Shown here: positions 41,848-51,642 of the stretch, piece after piece | How positions within the stretch are numbered: position 1 is the first letter of the stretch | How the letters are laid out: every line of letters starts with the position of its first letter | Assembly (NCBI GenBank): GCA_900617105.1 | Contig: UYFQ01000004.1 | Location: 310,001 to 374,000, forward strand | Length of the DNA: 64,000 nucleotides | Reading direction: 5' to 3' | From: Hydrurus foetidus | Taxonomy: Eukaryota | The notes under the pieces: model-generated | What the model saw: the letters and a program-made list of their open reading frames with translations, nothing else | Database searches by the model: none | Told to the model about the DNA's origin: nothing | Position numbers and translations under genes: made by a program

Positions 41848-42846
41848 ATGTCACAGCCCCTCACCTCGCGTCGCCACTTTATGTCAACTGCGGCAGTCGT
41901 GGGGGTCAGCAGCTTTGTTCCCTCGGCTGCCGTTCAGGCACAGACCACCAAGTGGCCCGGAAAACCCATTCGCATCATCGTAGCCTTCCCTCCTGGCGGC
42001 CTGACCGATGCCTACGCCCGCATGTACGCAGAGCAATTAACCTCCAAGCTGGGGGTGCCTGCAGTTGTAGAGAACAGGCCCGGTGCGGGTGCCATCATCG
42101 GCATTGATGCCGTAGCCAAGTCCCCGGCAGATGGCTACACGCTGCTGATGACAACCTCCGGCACAGTATGGCAAAACCGCGTGTTGTACAGCAAGTTGCC
42201 TTATAACTTGGACAAAGACATCACCCCGATAGCACTCTTCCCGTCCGGCCCTCTGGTGGTGGGTGTTTCGGACAAAGTTCCCGCAAAGAACATGAAAGAG
42301 TTCATAGAGTTTGCAAAAAATAACACCACCACCATGGGCAGTTATGCACCGGGATCCTATCCGCACATGGTGGCCGATCAGCTGAATCGCAACGATGGGA
42401 CCAAGATAGTTACCGCGAACTACCGGGGAGAGTCGCCCATGTGGGTGGACGTAGCATCCGGCCAGCTGCAAATTGCTATCGGTAGCTACCAGTCCTTTGC
42501 AACCGTGGCATCGCGAGGAGTTCGCCCGATTGGCGTCACCGGCCTTTACCGCTCGCCCAAGTTGCCCGATGTGCCCACCCTGGTGGAACAAGGTGTTCAA
42601 GGCAATCTTGTCCCCCTGGAAGGTGGATTACCTCTGATGGCGCCAGCGGGCACCCCCGAAGCAGTGCTGCAGATTCTGTCCAAGGTGGCTGTAGAAGGGG
42701 CTAAAACAGAGCGTGCAATCAAGCTTCGAGAGACCTTTGCGATACCTAACCTACCCGTGGGACTGGTCGAAACCCGAAAAGAATGGGATCGCGTTGTGCC
42801 AATTTGGGTGAAAATTGCCGTGGATCTAGGCGTGAAACTGGACTGA
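41848..42846 (+). CDS. Bug/TctC-family substrate-binding protein with Tat-type signal
   Basis: SRRHFM twin-arginine signal, WPGKPIRIIVAFPPGGLTD, ENRPGAG, YRGE, PDVPT. Confidence 0.92.
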   Translation: MSQPLTSRRHFMSTAAVVGVSSFVPSAAVQAQTTKWPGKPIRIIVAFPPGGLTDAYARMYAEQLTSKLGVPAVVENRPGAGAIIGIDAVAKSPADGYTLLMTTSGTVWQNRVLYSKLPYNLDKDITPIALFPSGPLVVGVSDKVPAKNMKEFIEFAKNNTTTMGSYAPGSYPHMVADQLNRNDGTKIVTANYRGESPMWVDVASGQLQIAIGSYQSFATVASRGVRPIGVTGLYRSPKLPDVPTLVEQGVQGNLVPLEGGLPLMAPAGTPEAVLQILSKVAVEGAKTERAIKLRETFAIPNLPVGLVETRKEWDRVVPIWVKIAVDLGVKLD

Positions 42847-43470
42847 ACCCCGCAACCGGCCAACGCCCTCACTTAGTGCATTCAACAGTTCTTGGCTGGA
42901 AACAACGGTGGCGTACTCGCCATGAAGGTTGCCCAACGCCATCGCATGAACATCGTCCGCTGACCGCAAAATACCTGCAAAATCGGTCTTAGCAAAGGCA
43001 AAGGTTGCGTCAAAGGCAACATAAGTCTTAAAGCCCAGATTACCGGCAGTGCGTGCCGTCGACTCCACAGAGTTATTTGTACTTACGCCGACGATCACCA
43101 CTTCGGCAATACCTCTGGTATGAAGCCAACGCTCAAGTCCGGTGTGAGTAAACGCATCTGGCGTATTTTTCTCCACGACGTGCTCGCAATCCAAAGGCTG
43201 CAACGCGGCTTGAAATTCGGCCCCCGGCTGTCCTGGCCAAAAAGAAGAACCAGGCGTTCGAGACATGTGCCTCACATGCACGACAGGTGCCTTGGCTTTG
43301 CGCCAAGCAGCGAGTAAAGCCGCGATCACAGCCTCTGCACCAGGATTATTCCGGTCGCCCGCAGAAAGTTCCTGCATACCGCGTTGCATGTCGATAACAA
43401 TAAGCGCAAGAGAAAATAAATCGCATGACGGCAGGTTATGGGCGGGTGATTGAGGGGTTGATCTCAACAT
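42826..43470 (-). CDS. Isochorismatase/cysteine hydrolase family protein
   Basis: ALIVIDMQ, VVHVRH, EKNTPDAF, GVSTNNSVESTAR, DAT; 3' end overlaps the convergent Bug gene by 21 bp. Confidence 0.88.
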   Translation of the reverse strand: MLRSTPQSPAHNLPSCDLFSLALIVIDMQRGMQELSAGDRNNPGAEAVIAALLAAWRKAKAPVVHVRHMSRTPGSSFWPGQPGAEFQAALQPLDCEHVVEKNTPDAFTHTGLERWLHTRGIAEVVIVGVSTNNSVESTARTAGNLGFKTYVAFDATFAFAKTDFAGILRSADDVHAMALGNLHGEYATVVSSQELLNALSEGVGRLRGSVQFHA

Positions 43471-43738
43471 GGCAGAGCTCCTTCAAGCCATTCTTCAAAG
43501 TTCGCAAGGCAGCGAACACTTTGATCGCGACTCGGGTGCGCCTTCAAGTACGAAGGCACAAAAATTACAAGGAAAAAAGTGGTATTGCCATGCGCAAATT
43601 GTAGGCTTGAGGGGCAAAACTCAACGTGCCTACCGAGAACATACCCTCAACACCTTGACCAGCGACCTGCCTCGCGCAAATGTCACACATCTCCCACAGA
43701 AATTCAACTTAAAGTTGCGTCCCTACAATCCCCCCTGT

Positions 43739-45064
43739 ATGTCTGTCCTGATTGTTTACCTACCCACCACGCCACCCGGACTTGCCACCGAATACCGGTA
43801 TGCGCAAAGCCGTGATGGCCAAACGCTGCTGACCTATGGCGGAGCCACGGCCAGCACCTTGCCGCCTACGGGCGTGGGCCACGATGTGGTGGCCGTGGTG
43901 CCCGTGCGTGCCCTCTCTTGGCACCAAGTGGAGCTGCCCAAAGGCACGCTGAATGCCGGTGCTGGACGGCTGCGGGCGGTGCTGGAAGGCCTGCTCGAAG
44001 ACCGCTTACTGGATGAGCCACAAAACCTGCATTTCGCGCTCGCCCCCCAAGCTGCTGCGGGCAAGCCGGTGTGGGTGGCGGTGTGCGACAAAGCCTGGCT
44101 CAGAGCCTGCTTAGGCCCGCTGGAAGCCGCTGGCCGCCCTGTATCGCGCATTGTGCCGGAATTTGCCCCGCTGCTGAGCGATGACGACAGCAGCCCCCAC
44201 AGCACCACGCTGTACGCCCTGGGCGTACCCGGCGAGGCATGGCTGGTGCAGGCCCGAACCAACGGTGTGACGCTGCTGCCTTTGTCGCCAGTGGTCGCAA
44301 CACGGTTTATGGCGCAACCAGAACCGCTAGCCTCAAGCAAAGGCAACAGCGCAGAAAGCGCGACCGCAGCAGCGGCGCTCAACACAGCCTTCACCCCACC
44401 CGACACCGTGCTGGCCGAACCAGCGGTGATGGAAGAGGCCAGCCGCCTTTTCCAAGGCTTGGTGCGCTTGCAACAAGCCCCTGAGCGCTGGGTGCAGACG
44501 CTGCAATCGCCGTGGGATTTGGCGCAGTTTGATCTGGCCAACTCAGGCGGCCAGCGTTTTATCAAGCGTTTCAGTGATTTCGGGCTGGAGCTGCTACACG
44601 GCCCGCGCTGGCGTGCTGTGCGCTGGGCTTTGCCGGTGTTGGCGGTGGTCAACCTGATCGGGCTGAACGCTTGGGCCTGGAAAGAAAAATCAGCCCTCAC
44701 ACAGCGCCGCGCTGACGTGCAGGCGGTGCTGACGCAAACCTTTCCCCAAGTGAAGGTGGTCGTCGATGCCCCCATTCAAATGGCGCGTGAAGTGGCCTTG
44801 CTGCGGCAAAACGCCGGAGCCACCGCCCGCCAAGACTTAGAAAACCTGCTGACAGCGGTTGGCAGCGGCGTATCGCCCACCGAAAATTTCACACTGACGC
44901 AACTCGACTACAGCGAAGGCGAGCTGCGGCTCAAAGGTGCGGGCGCGAACGAAGCCAAGATGCAAGACCTCAAAACCCGCCTGGAACCCCAGGGCTACGC
45001 GCTGCGCATGGACGGCGAAAGCCTGCTTGTCAAAATTACAGCGCCCACCGAGGTACGGCCATGA
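43739..45064 (+). CDS. gspL: Type II secretion system protein L
   Basis: LSWHQVELP, LEDRLLDEP..LHFAL, WDLAQF, single TM, FPQVKVVVDAP.QM; first gene of the gsp run. Confidence 0.9.
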   Translation: MSVLIVYLPTTPPGLATEYRYAQSRDGQTLLTYGGATASTLPPTGVGHDVVAVVPVRALSWHQVELPKGTLNAGAGRLRAVLEGLLEDRLLDEPQNLHFALAPQAAAGKPVWVAVCDKAWLRACLGPLEAAGRPVSRIVPEFAPLLSDDDSSPHSTTLYALGVPGEAWLVQARTNGVTLLPLSPVVATRFMAQPEPLASSKGNSAESATAAAALNTAFTPPDTVLAEPAVMEEASRLFQGLVRLQQAPERWVQTLQSPWDLAQFDLANSGGQRFIKRFSDFGLELLHGPRWRAVRWALPVLAVVNLIGLNAWAWKEKSALTQRRADVQAVLTQTFPQVKVVVDAPIQMAREVALLRQNAGATARQDLENLLTAVGSGVSPTENFTLTQLDYSEGELRLKGAGANEAKMQDLKTRLEPQGYALRMDGESLLVKITAPTEVRP

Positions 45065-45600
45065 ACACCGCAGCAAAAATCACCCTCACCCCTCTCCAGC
45101 AACGTTGGGCCACGCTAGCCCCTCGTGAACGTATCGCGCTGAGCACTGCCGCGTGGGTGGTGGGGGCAGGCTTGATGTGGTCGGTGGCCTTAAGCCCCGC
45201 CTTGCAAACCTTGCGTGCAGCGGGCGTTCAACGCATTGAGCTTGACCGTCAACTCCAGCTGATGCAAGGCTTGCAAAACGAGGCTCAAGCCTTGAAAGCA
45301 CAGCCCAAGCTCACCAGCACCGAAGCGCTGAAAGCCTTGGAAGCCTCGGCCAAGCAGCGCTTGGGACAAGCAGCCCAAGTGAACGCGGTGGGCGAACGGG
45401 TGACCGTCACCCTCAAAGGTGCCTCCCCGGATGCCCTGGCGCAATGGCTGGCCCAAGCGCGTGCCAATGCCCATGCGCTGCCTGTGGAGGCCAAACTGGC
45501 CCGCAGTGCAGCAGCCCCAACAGCAGGCAACACCCCCAACAATCCGCCCGCCACCACGGCACCCGGCTGGGACGGCAGTTTGGTCTTGCGTTTGCCATGA
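45061..45600 (+). CDS. gspM: Type II secretion system protein M
   Basis: RWATLAPRER followed by a TM and coiled coil, LAQWLAQARANA; ATGA overlap. Confidence 0.88.
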   Translation: MNTAAKITLTPLQQRWATLAPRERIALSTAAWVVGAGLMWSVALSPALQTLRAAGVQRIELDRQLQLMQGLQNEAQALKAQPKLTSTEALKALEASAKQRLGQAAQVNAVGERVTVTLKGASPDALAQWLAQARANAHALPVEAKLARSAAAPTAGNTPNNPPATTAPGWDGSLVLRLP

Positions 45601-45610
45601 GAGGGTTGCC

Positions 45611-46471
45611 ATGAAAAGCTTCTCTTCACGCTCAGCCGCAGCGCCTCCATCGGGGCGTTCTTCTCGGGCTATGACCGGTGCTGCGGCAAGCGCTGGTTTT
45701 CGCGGTTCTACACCGTGGGGCACAGCATGGTGCGGTGCAGTGCTGGGCTTGGTGCTGGCTGTGGCGTGGTTCGCACCAGCGACTTGGCTGGTCGGTGCCT
45801 TGTTCACGCTGACCGAGGGTCGGGTGGTGTTAACCGGCGCACAGGGCACGCTGTGGCACGGCTCGGCGCAGCTGGTGTTCAGCGGCGGGTCGGGCAGCCG
45901 CGATGCGGTGGCTCTGCCAGGCCGGGTGTCGTGGCAATTGCGCCCCCACTGGGACAGCATCACCGCGCAGGTGGATGCCGCCTGCTGCACGCCCCAAGGC
46001 CTGACGCTGAGGGTGCTGCCCCGATGGGCTGGGGCAACGGTACAACTGTCTGACGGGCAATCGCACTGGCCCGCCTCGTTGCTGACGGGTTTGGGCACGC
46101 CGTGGAACACACTGCAACCCGATGGCGATTTGCAGCTGTCTACGCAGGGCTTCACCGTGGACGTGGTGGAAGGTCGTGTGGCCTTGGCGGGCACGGCGAA
46201 CATCGAGGCGCGGCACATGTCGTCGCGCTTGTCCACCTTGCGGCCTATGGGAAGCTACCGTTTCAGCCTGACCGGCGGCGCGGTGACGGCCTTGCACTTG
46301 GAAACCTTGGACGGCAGCCTGCGCTTGAGCGGCGACGGACAATGGGCTGGTGGGCGCTTGCACTTCAGCGGCTTTGCCAGTGCTGAGCCTGACCGCGAAG
46401 CCGCGCTGTCGAATTTATTGAACATCATTGGGCGGCGCGACGGTGCCCGCTCCATCATCACTGTGGGTTAG
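45611..46471 (+). CDS. gspN: Type II secretion system protein N
   Basis: FAPATWL, GTLWHGSAQL, LGTPWNTL, NLLNIIGRR; start codon uncertain (45611 or 45671). Confidence 0.82.
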   Translation: MKSFSSRSAAAPPSGRSSRAMTGAAASAGFRGSTPWGTAWCGAVLGLVLAVAWFAPATWLVGALFTLTEGRVVLTGAQGTLWHGSAQLVFSGGSGSRDAVALPGRVSWQLRPHWDSITAQVDAACCTPQGLTLRVLPRWAGATVQLSDGQSHWPASLLTGLGTPWNTLQPDGDLQLSTQGFTVDVVEGRVALAGTANIEARHMSSRLSTLRPMGSYRFSLTGGAVTALHLETLDGSLRLSGDGQWAGGRLHFSGFASAEPDREAALSNLLNIIGRRDGARSIITVG

Positions 46472-46475
46472 GTCT

Positions 46476-48773
46476 ATGACGCGCTACTCTTTGTTTCTCG
46501 CGGGTTTTCGCCCTCAAAATGCTACGCTATTCATAGCTATTGCAACCCTTATTGCAAGCTCTACAGGGGCTTTTTATGCCCATGCACAGCCTGTTAACCC
46601 TGGCATCATGCCCATGGCCCCTCCGCCCGGTATGCCGCCGCTGGTGCAAGACAACCCGCAGCCAGCCCCCGTCAATCGCCCCCATAACACGGCCAACACG
46701 GCACGCAGCGTAGGCGGTGACTCCGCAGCCCCCTTAGCCAGCTTCAAGACTGGCGAACCTGTCACGCTGAACTTTGTGAACGCCGAGATTGAGGGCGTGG
46801 CCCGCGCGGTGGGCGTGATGACAGGGCGCAACATGGTGATTGACCCGCGCGTCAAAGGCACCATCAACATGAACACCGAGCGCCCAGTGACACCCGCTGT
46901 GGCCTACAACCAGTTTTTGGCCATCATCCGGCTGCAAGGTTTCACCGTGGTGGAATCGTCCGGGCTGTACAAGGTGGTGCCCGAAGCCGATGCGAAGCTG
47001 CAAGGCGGGGCAGTGTCTGTCGGAGCCGTCAAAGGTACGGGCAGTCAGATACAGACGCAGATTTTTCAGCTGAATTTCGAGAGTGCGAACAACTTGGTGC
47101 CGATTCTGCGGCCCCTCATCAGCCCGAACAACACCATCAACGTGAACCCCGGCAACAACTCGCTGGTCATCACCGATTACGCCGAAAACCTACAACGCAT
47201 CGCCCGCATCGTGGCGGCACTGGACGTGTCAAACGCCTCGGATGTGGACATCATCCCGCTGAAGCACGCTATCGCCTCTGATATGGCGGCTTTGGTCACC
47301 AAGCTGATCGACCCTGGCGCGAGTGTGGGGGGCGCACCGGGTGCTGGTCAGGCCGATACCGCTTACCGCACCACGCTGGTGGCCGAGCCGCGCAGCAACA
47401 GTCTGATATTGCGTGCCGCCAACCCGGCCCGCGTGGCGCTTGTCAAATCGCTGGTGGCCAAACTCGACCAGCCAAACAACCTGAACAACGGTGGCTCGGG
47501 CAATATTTACGTCGTTCACCTGAAAAATGCCGATGCAACCAAGCTGGCCGTGACGCTGCGCGCCGCGCTCAACAGCTCAGGCACGGCGGCCACCTCAGCC
47601 TCCTCCAGCGGTTTAAGCCCCAGCACCCCAAGCACGCCCAGCGCCAGTGGGTTTGGTGGCACCTCAAGTGGGGCCGGTGCCAGTAACAGCGGCTCGTTTT
47701 CATCGGCCAGTGGCAGCCAGCCGTCCACCGGTGGACAAATTCAGGCAGACCCAGCGACCAACACCCTCATCATCACCGCGTCCGAGCCACAGTACAAACA
47801 ACTCCGAGCCGTCATTGACAAGCTAGACGCCCGCCGTGCCCAGGTGTTTGTGGAAAGCCTGATTGCCGAAATCAGCGCCGAGAAAGCGGCTGATTTCGGC
47901 ATCCAGTGGCAAGGCGCACTGGGCAGCAATGGGGCCAGCAACATCGGTATTTTGGGCACCAATTTCACCGCTGCCGTAGCGGGGGCCAACATCTTGTCGC
48001 TGGCAGCAGGGGCCGGCAAAGTGCTACCGTCGGGAGGGGGCAACTTTGGCATTGCCCACAAAACCAATGGTGTTTACGTGCTGGGGTTTTTGGCCAATAT
48101 CCTGGAAAAAACCGGCGATGGCAACGTGCTCTCCACGCCCAACATTTTGACGCTGGACAACGAAGAGGCCAAAATTTCCGTCGGTGAAAACCGCCCCTTC
48201 CTGACCGGCCAGTTCACCAACACCGGCACCTCGGGCAGCACGGTGAACCCGTTCCAGACCATTGAGCGCAAAGACGTGGGCCTCACGCTGCGCATCAAGC
48301 CACAAATCAGCGAAAACGGCACCATCAAGCTCCAAGTGTTTCAAGAGGTGTCCAGCGTGCAAGCGTCCACCATCAACAACTCGCAAGGGCCGACCACCAA
48401 CAAACGGGTGATCGAGTCCACTGTTATCGTGGACGATGGTGCTGTCGTTGTGCTGGGGGGCTTGCTGCAAGACGAATTCTCAGGCAACAAAGAAAAAGTA
48501 CCGGGCTTTGGCGATATTCCATTTTTTGGCAACCTGTTCAAAAGTGAAGCCCGTTCACGCCGCAAAACCAATCTGATGGTATTTCTACGCCCGCAGGTGG
48601 TGCGGGACGCTGACAGCACCGATGCCCTCTCGATTGACCGCTACGAACAAATGCGCAGCAGCCAGCGGGCATCGCAGCCTGAAATCAGTAAAACCGTACC
48701 CATCAACGAAGCGCCTATCTTCCCGACCATCGTGTCGCCCAACCGGCCTGCCGTCGAACCGGGCAGCAAGTAA
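46476..48773 (+). CDS. gspD: Type II secretion system secretin D
   Basis: [16 protein letters not shown]3 with Ser/Gly loop, [38 protein letters not shown]. Confidence 0.96.
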   Translation: MTRYSLFLAGFRPQNATLFIAIATLIASSTGAFYAHAQPVNPGIMPMAPPPGMPPLVQDNPQPAPVNRPHNTANTARSVGGDSAAPLASFKTGEPVTLNFVNAEIEGVARAVGVMTGRNMVIDPRVKGTINMNTERPVTPAVAYNQFLAIIRLQGFTVVESSGLYKVVPEADAKLQGGAVSVGAVKGTGSQIQTQIFQLNFESANNLVPILRPLISPNNTINVNPGNNSLVITDYAENLQRIARIVAALDVSNASDVDIIPLKHAIASDMAALVTKLIDPGASVGGAPGAGQADTAYRTTLVAEPRSNSLILRAANPARVALVKSLVAKLDQPNNLNNGGSGNIYVVHLKNADATKLAVTLRAALNSSGTAATSASSSGLSPSTPSTPSASGFGGTSSGAGASNSGSFSSASGSQPSTGGQIQADPATNTLIITASEPQYKQLRAVIDKLDARRAQVFVESLIAEISAEKAADFGIQWQGALGSNGASNIGILGTNFTAAVAGANILSLAAGAGKVLPSGGGNFGIAHKTNGVYVLGFLANILEKTGDGNVLSTPNILTLDNEEAKISVGENRPFLTGQFTNTGTSGSTVNPFQTIERKDVGLTLRIKPQISENGTIKLQVFQEVSSVQASTINNSQGPTTNKRVIESTVIVDDGAVVVLGGLLQDEFSGNKEKVPGFGDIPFFGNLFKSEARSRRKTNLMVFLRPQVVRDADSTDALSIDRYEQMRSSQRASQPEISKTVPINEAPIFPTIVSPNRPAVEPGSK
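46519..46576 (+). repeat. Dispersed GCTA-N9-TAGC element, intragenic copy (GspD signal peptide)
   Basis: ATGCTA cgctattca TAGCT attgca AC ccttattgcaa GCTCTACAGGGGCTTTTT; translates as [19 protein letters not shown]. Confidence 0.7.
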
Positions 48774-48775
48774 CC

Positions 48776-50332
48776 ATGCGCTACCCCCTGCCCTACGCCT
48801 TTGCCCGCGTGCAGCAGCTGCTGCTGGAAGAGCAATCCGGCGAGCTGACGCTCTGGCTGCACCCCGCCACCAACCCCAGCGGCCTGAGCGAAGTCACGCG
48901 CAAATACCCGGTGCAGCACATCCAAACCGAGGGCCACAGTGCGTTGATGAACCGCATCTCCAGCGCTTACGCCAACGGCGAATCGAACGCAGCAGCGGTG
49001 GTCAGCGAGGTGGAAAGCGATGCCGACCTGTCGCGCATGATGCAAGACCTGCCCGCGATTGAGGATTTGCTGGAAACCAGCGACGATGCTCCCATCATCC
49101 GCATGCTGAACGCGCTGTTGACGCAGGCCGCGCGTGACGGCGCGAGTGATATCCACATTGAGCCCTACGAGCGCCATTCGTCAGTCCGCTTTCGCGTTGA
49201 TGGCCGCCTGCGCGAGGTGGTGCAGCCAAACCGCGCCCTGCATGCGGCGCTGATTTCGCGCCTGAAGATCATGGCAGATCTGGACATTTCAGAAAAACGA
49301 CTGCCCCAAGATGGCCGCATATCCTTGCGCATCGGTACCCGCGCTGTGGACGTGCGGGTCAGCACCCTGCCCAGTGCGCACGGCGAGCGGGCCGTGCTGC
49401 GTTTGCTCGACAAAAGCGGCGGCACGCTCAATCTGGCCTCGGTGGGTATGCAGGGCGATGCGCTCAGCCGCCTGCAAGAGCTGATTTCCCAGCCCCACGG
49501 CATCATTTTGGTGACCGGCCCCACGGGTTCCGGCAAAACCACCACGCTGTACGCGGCCCTCTCGGAGCTCGATGCCAGCGCGGGCAACATCATGACGGTG
49601 GAAGACCCCATCGAGTACGAGCTGCCCGGTGTCGGCCAGACCCAGGTCAACGCCAAAATTGATTTGACCTTCGCCAAAGCCCTTCGTGCCATCCTGCGGC
49701 AAGACCCCGATGTCATCATGATCGGTGAGATCCGCGATTTTGAAACCGCACAAATTGCCATCCAAGCCTCGCTGACAGGGCATTTGGTGCTCGCAACTTT
49801 GCACACCAACGATGCCACCAGCGCCATCACCCGGCTGGGCGACATGGGCATAGAGCCGTTTTTGCTCAGCTCATCGCTCTTGGGCGTGCTGGCCCAACGG
49901 CTGGTGCGCAAACGCTGCCAGCCCTGCAAAGGCACCGGCAAGCTGGGCGAGCGCCGCCTCAAAGAACGCCGCCCCGTCGATGTCGAGCTGCCCCTGGAAG
50001 ACCTCAGCGCAAACCGGGGGAAAGACCCGCAGCACGATCCGGGCGACAGCCTGTGGGAGATCGACTCCATGTTCCCCGGCAGCGTGCCCAAGCGCCTGCT
50101 GTCCACCTGCACCCATTGCGGTGGTACCGGCTACCAGGGCCGCACGGGGGTGTTTGAGCTGCTCGTCACTGACGACGCCATCCGCGCCCAAATCCACAGC
50201 CGCGCCTCAGAAGCCGACATCCGCACCGCCGCCCTGGCGACCGGCATGACGCTGATGCGCGAAGACGGCGAACGCTTGGTGGCGGAGGGCATCACCACCC
50301 GCGAAGAGCTGCTGCGCGTGACACGAGATTAA
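48776..50332 (+). CDS. gspE: Type II secretion system ATPase E
   Basis: [50 protein letters not shown], tetracysteine motif. Confidence 0.97.
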   Translation: MRYPLPYAFARVQQLLLEEQSGELTLWLHPATNPSGLSEVTRKYPVQHIQTEGHSALMNRISSAYANGESNAAAVVSEVESDADLSRMMQDLPAIEDLLETSDDAPIIRMLNALLTQAARDGASDIHIEPYERHSSVRFRVDGRLREVVQPNRALHAALISRLKIMADLDISEKRLPQDGRISLRIGTRAVDVRVSTLPSAHGERAVLRLLDKSGGTLNLASVGMQGDALSRLQELISQPHGIILVTGPTGSGKTTTLYAALSELDASAGNIMTVEDPIEYELPGVGQTQVNAKIDLTFAKALRAILRQDPDVIMIGEIRDFETAQIAIQASLTGHLVLATLHTNDATSAITRLGDMGIEPFLLSSSLLGVLAQRLVRKRCQPCKGTGKLGERRLKERRPVDVELPLEDLSANRGKDPQHDPGDSLWEIDSMFPGSVPKRLLSTCTHCGGTGYQGRTGVFELLVTDDAIRAQIHSRASEADIRTAALATGMTLMREDGERLVAEGITTREELLRVTRD

Positions 50333-50338
50333 GCCGCC

Positions 50339-51589
50339 ATGCCCGCTTACAGCTTTGAAGCCCTCGACACCGAAGGCAAAACCCGCAAAAGCACGATAGA
50401 GGCCGATACCGTCAAAGCGGCCCGCACCGCCCTGCGACTGCAAAATCTGGTGCCGCTGAGCGTGACCCCCGTCAGCGCCAGTGATGCAGCCAACCGCTCT
50501 GGCGTTGTCGGTGGGCCGAACGGCAGTTGGTTGGGCCGCTTGATGGCACCCCGCGTGTTCAGCAAAACCGGGCTGGCCGTGTGGACGCGCCAAGTCGCCG
50601 GGCTGGTGGCCGCCGGTTTGCCACTGGAGCGTGCCCTGTCCGCCCTGAGCGAAGAAGCCGAAGACGAAAAACAGCGCAACTTGGTGGCCGCCCTGCGGGC
50701 CGAAGTCAACGGCGGTGCTCCCTTCGCCAAAGCCCTCTCGCAGCACCCGGCAGAGTTCACCGACATTTACTGCGCCGTGATTGGCGCGGGCGAGCAAAGC
50801 GGCAGCTTGGGTATCGTGCTGGAGCGCCTAGCTGACGATTTGGAAGAGCAGCAAGCGCTCAAAGCCAAGCTGATCGGTGCCGCGCTCTACCCCGCCATCG
50901 TCACCCTGGTGGCCATCGCCATCGTGATCTTTTTGGTCAGCTACGTGGTGCCCCAAGTAGCCAGCGTGTTCGCGGGCAGCAAACGCGCCTTGCCCTTCCT
51001 CACGCAGCTGATGCTCAACGTCAGCAGCTTGGTGCGCAACTGGGGGTGGTTGATGTTGATTGCTATGGTTTCAATAGCTGTCGCAACACGTTACGCCTTG
51101 GCTATAGAGTCATTCAGGCAAAAATTTGATGCCGCATGGCTCAATCTGCCCTTGATCGGCAAACTCGCCAGGGGCTACAACGCCGCCCGTTTCGCCAGCA
51201 CGCTGGCCATGTTGGCCTCGGCAGGCGTGCCCATCTTGAAAGCCCTGCAAGCCGCCGCCGAAACCCTGAACAACCGAGCCATGCGCGAAGACGCGCTGAA
51301 CGCCCTGGTGCTGGTGCGCGAAGGTGCGCCACTGGCATCGGCCTTGGCACAAAAGAAACGCTTCCCCGGCTTGCTCAGCATGTTCGCGAGATTGGGCGAG
51401 CAAACCGGCCAACTGCCCGTGATGTTGCAGCGTGCAGCCAACCAGCTCAGCACCGAAGTCCAGCGCCGTGCCATGCAGCTCGCCACCATCTTGGAGCCGC
51501 TGCTGATTGTGGCGATGGGGCTGGTGGTGATGCTGATTGTTCTCGCCGTGCTGATGCCCATCATCCAACTGAACCAATGGGTGAAATGA
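50339..51589 (+). CDS. gspF: Type II secretion system inner-membrane protein F
   Basis: MPAYSFEAL, AGLPLERAL, GEQSGSL..VLERLAD, ALYP, LEPLLIV. Confidence 0.96.
   Translation: MPAYSFEALDTEGKTRKSTIEADTVKAARTALRLQNLVPLSVTPVSASDAANRSGVVGGPNGSWLGRLMAPRVFSKTGLAVWTRQVAGLVAAGLPLERALSALSEEAEDEKQRNLVAALRAEVNGGAPFAKALSQHPAEFTDIYCAVIGAGEQSGSLGIVLERLADDLEEQQALKAKLIGAALYPAIVTLVAIAIVIFLVSYVVPQVASVFAGSKRALPFLTQLMLNVSSLVRNWGWLMLIAMVSIAVATRYALAIESFRQKFDAAWLNLPLIGKLARGYNAARFASTLAMLASAGVPILKALQAAAETLNNRAMREDALNALVLVREGAPLASALAQKKRFPGLLSMFARLGEQTGQLPVMLQRAANQLSTEVQRRAMQLATILEPLLIVAMGLVVMLIVLAVLMPIIQLNQWVK
51060..51116 (+). repeat. Dispersed GCTA-N9-TAGC element, intragenic copy (GspF TM2)
   Basis: TTGCTA tggtttcaa TAGCT gtcgca AC acgttacgcct TGGCTATAGAGTCATT; translates as IAMVSIAVATRYALAIESF. 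Confidence 0.7.
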
Positions 51590-51642
51590 TGCCCCCACGC
51601 TTGTCGCTTCGCGTACTGCGCGGCGGCATCTAAAGGAACCCC

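Noticed and set aside
43680..43697. Pho-box-like ATGTCAC-ACAT-CTCCCAC before gspL
   Set aside because: The second half-site is too degenerate to support.
47580..47730. Low-complexity Ser/Gly stretch in gspD
   Set aside because: A disordered S/G-rich loop in the N3 domain is a normal feature of T2SS secretins.
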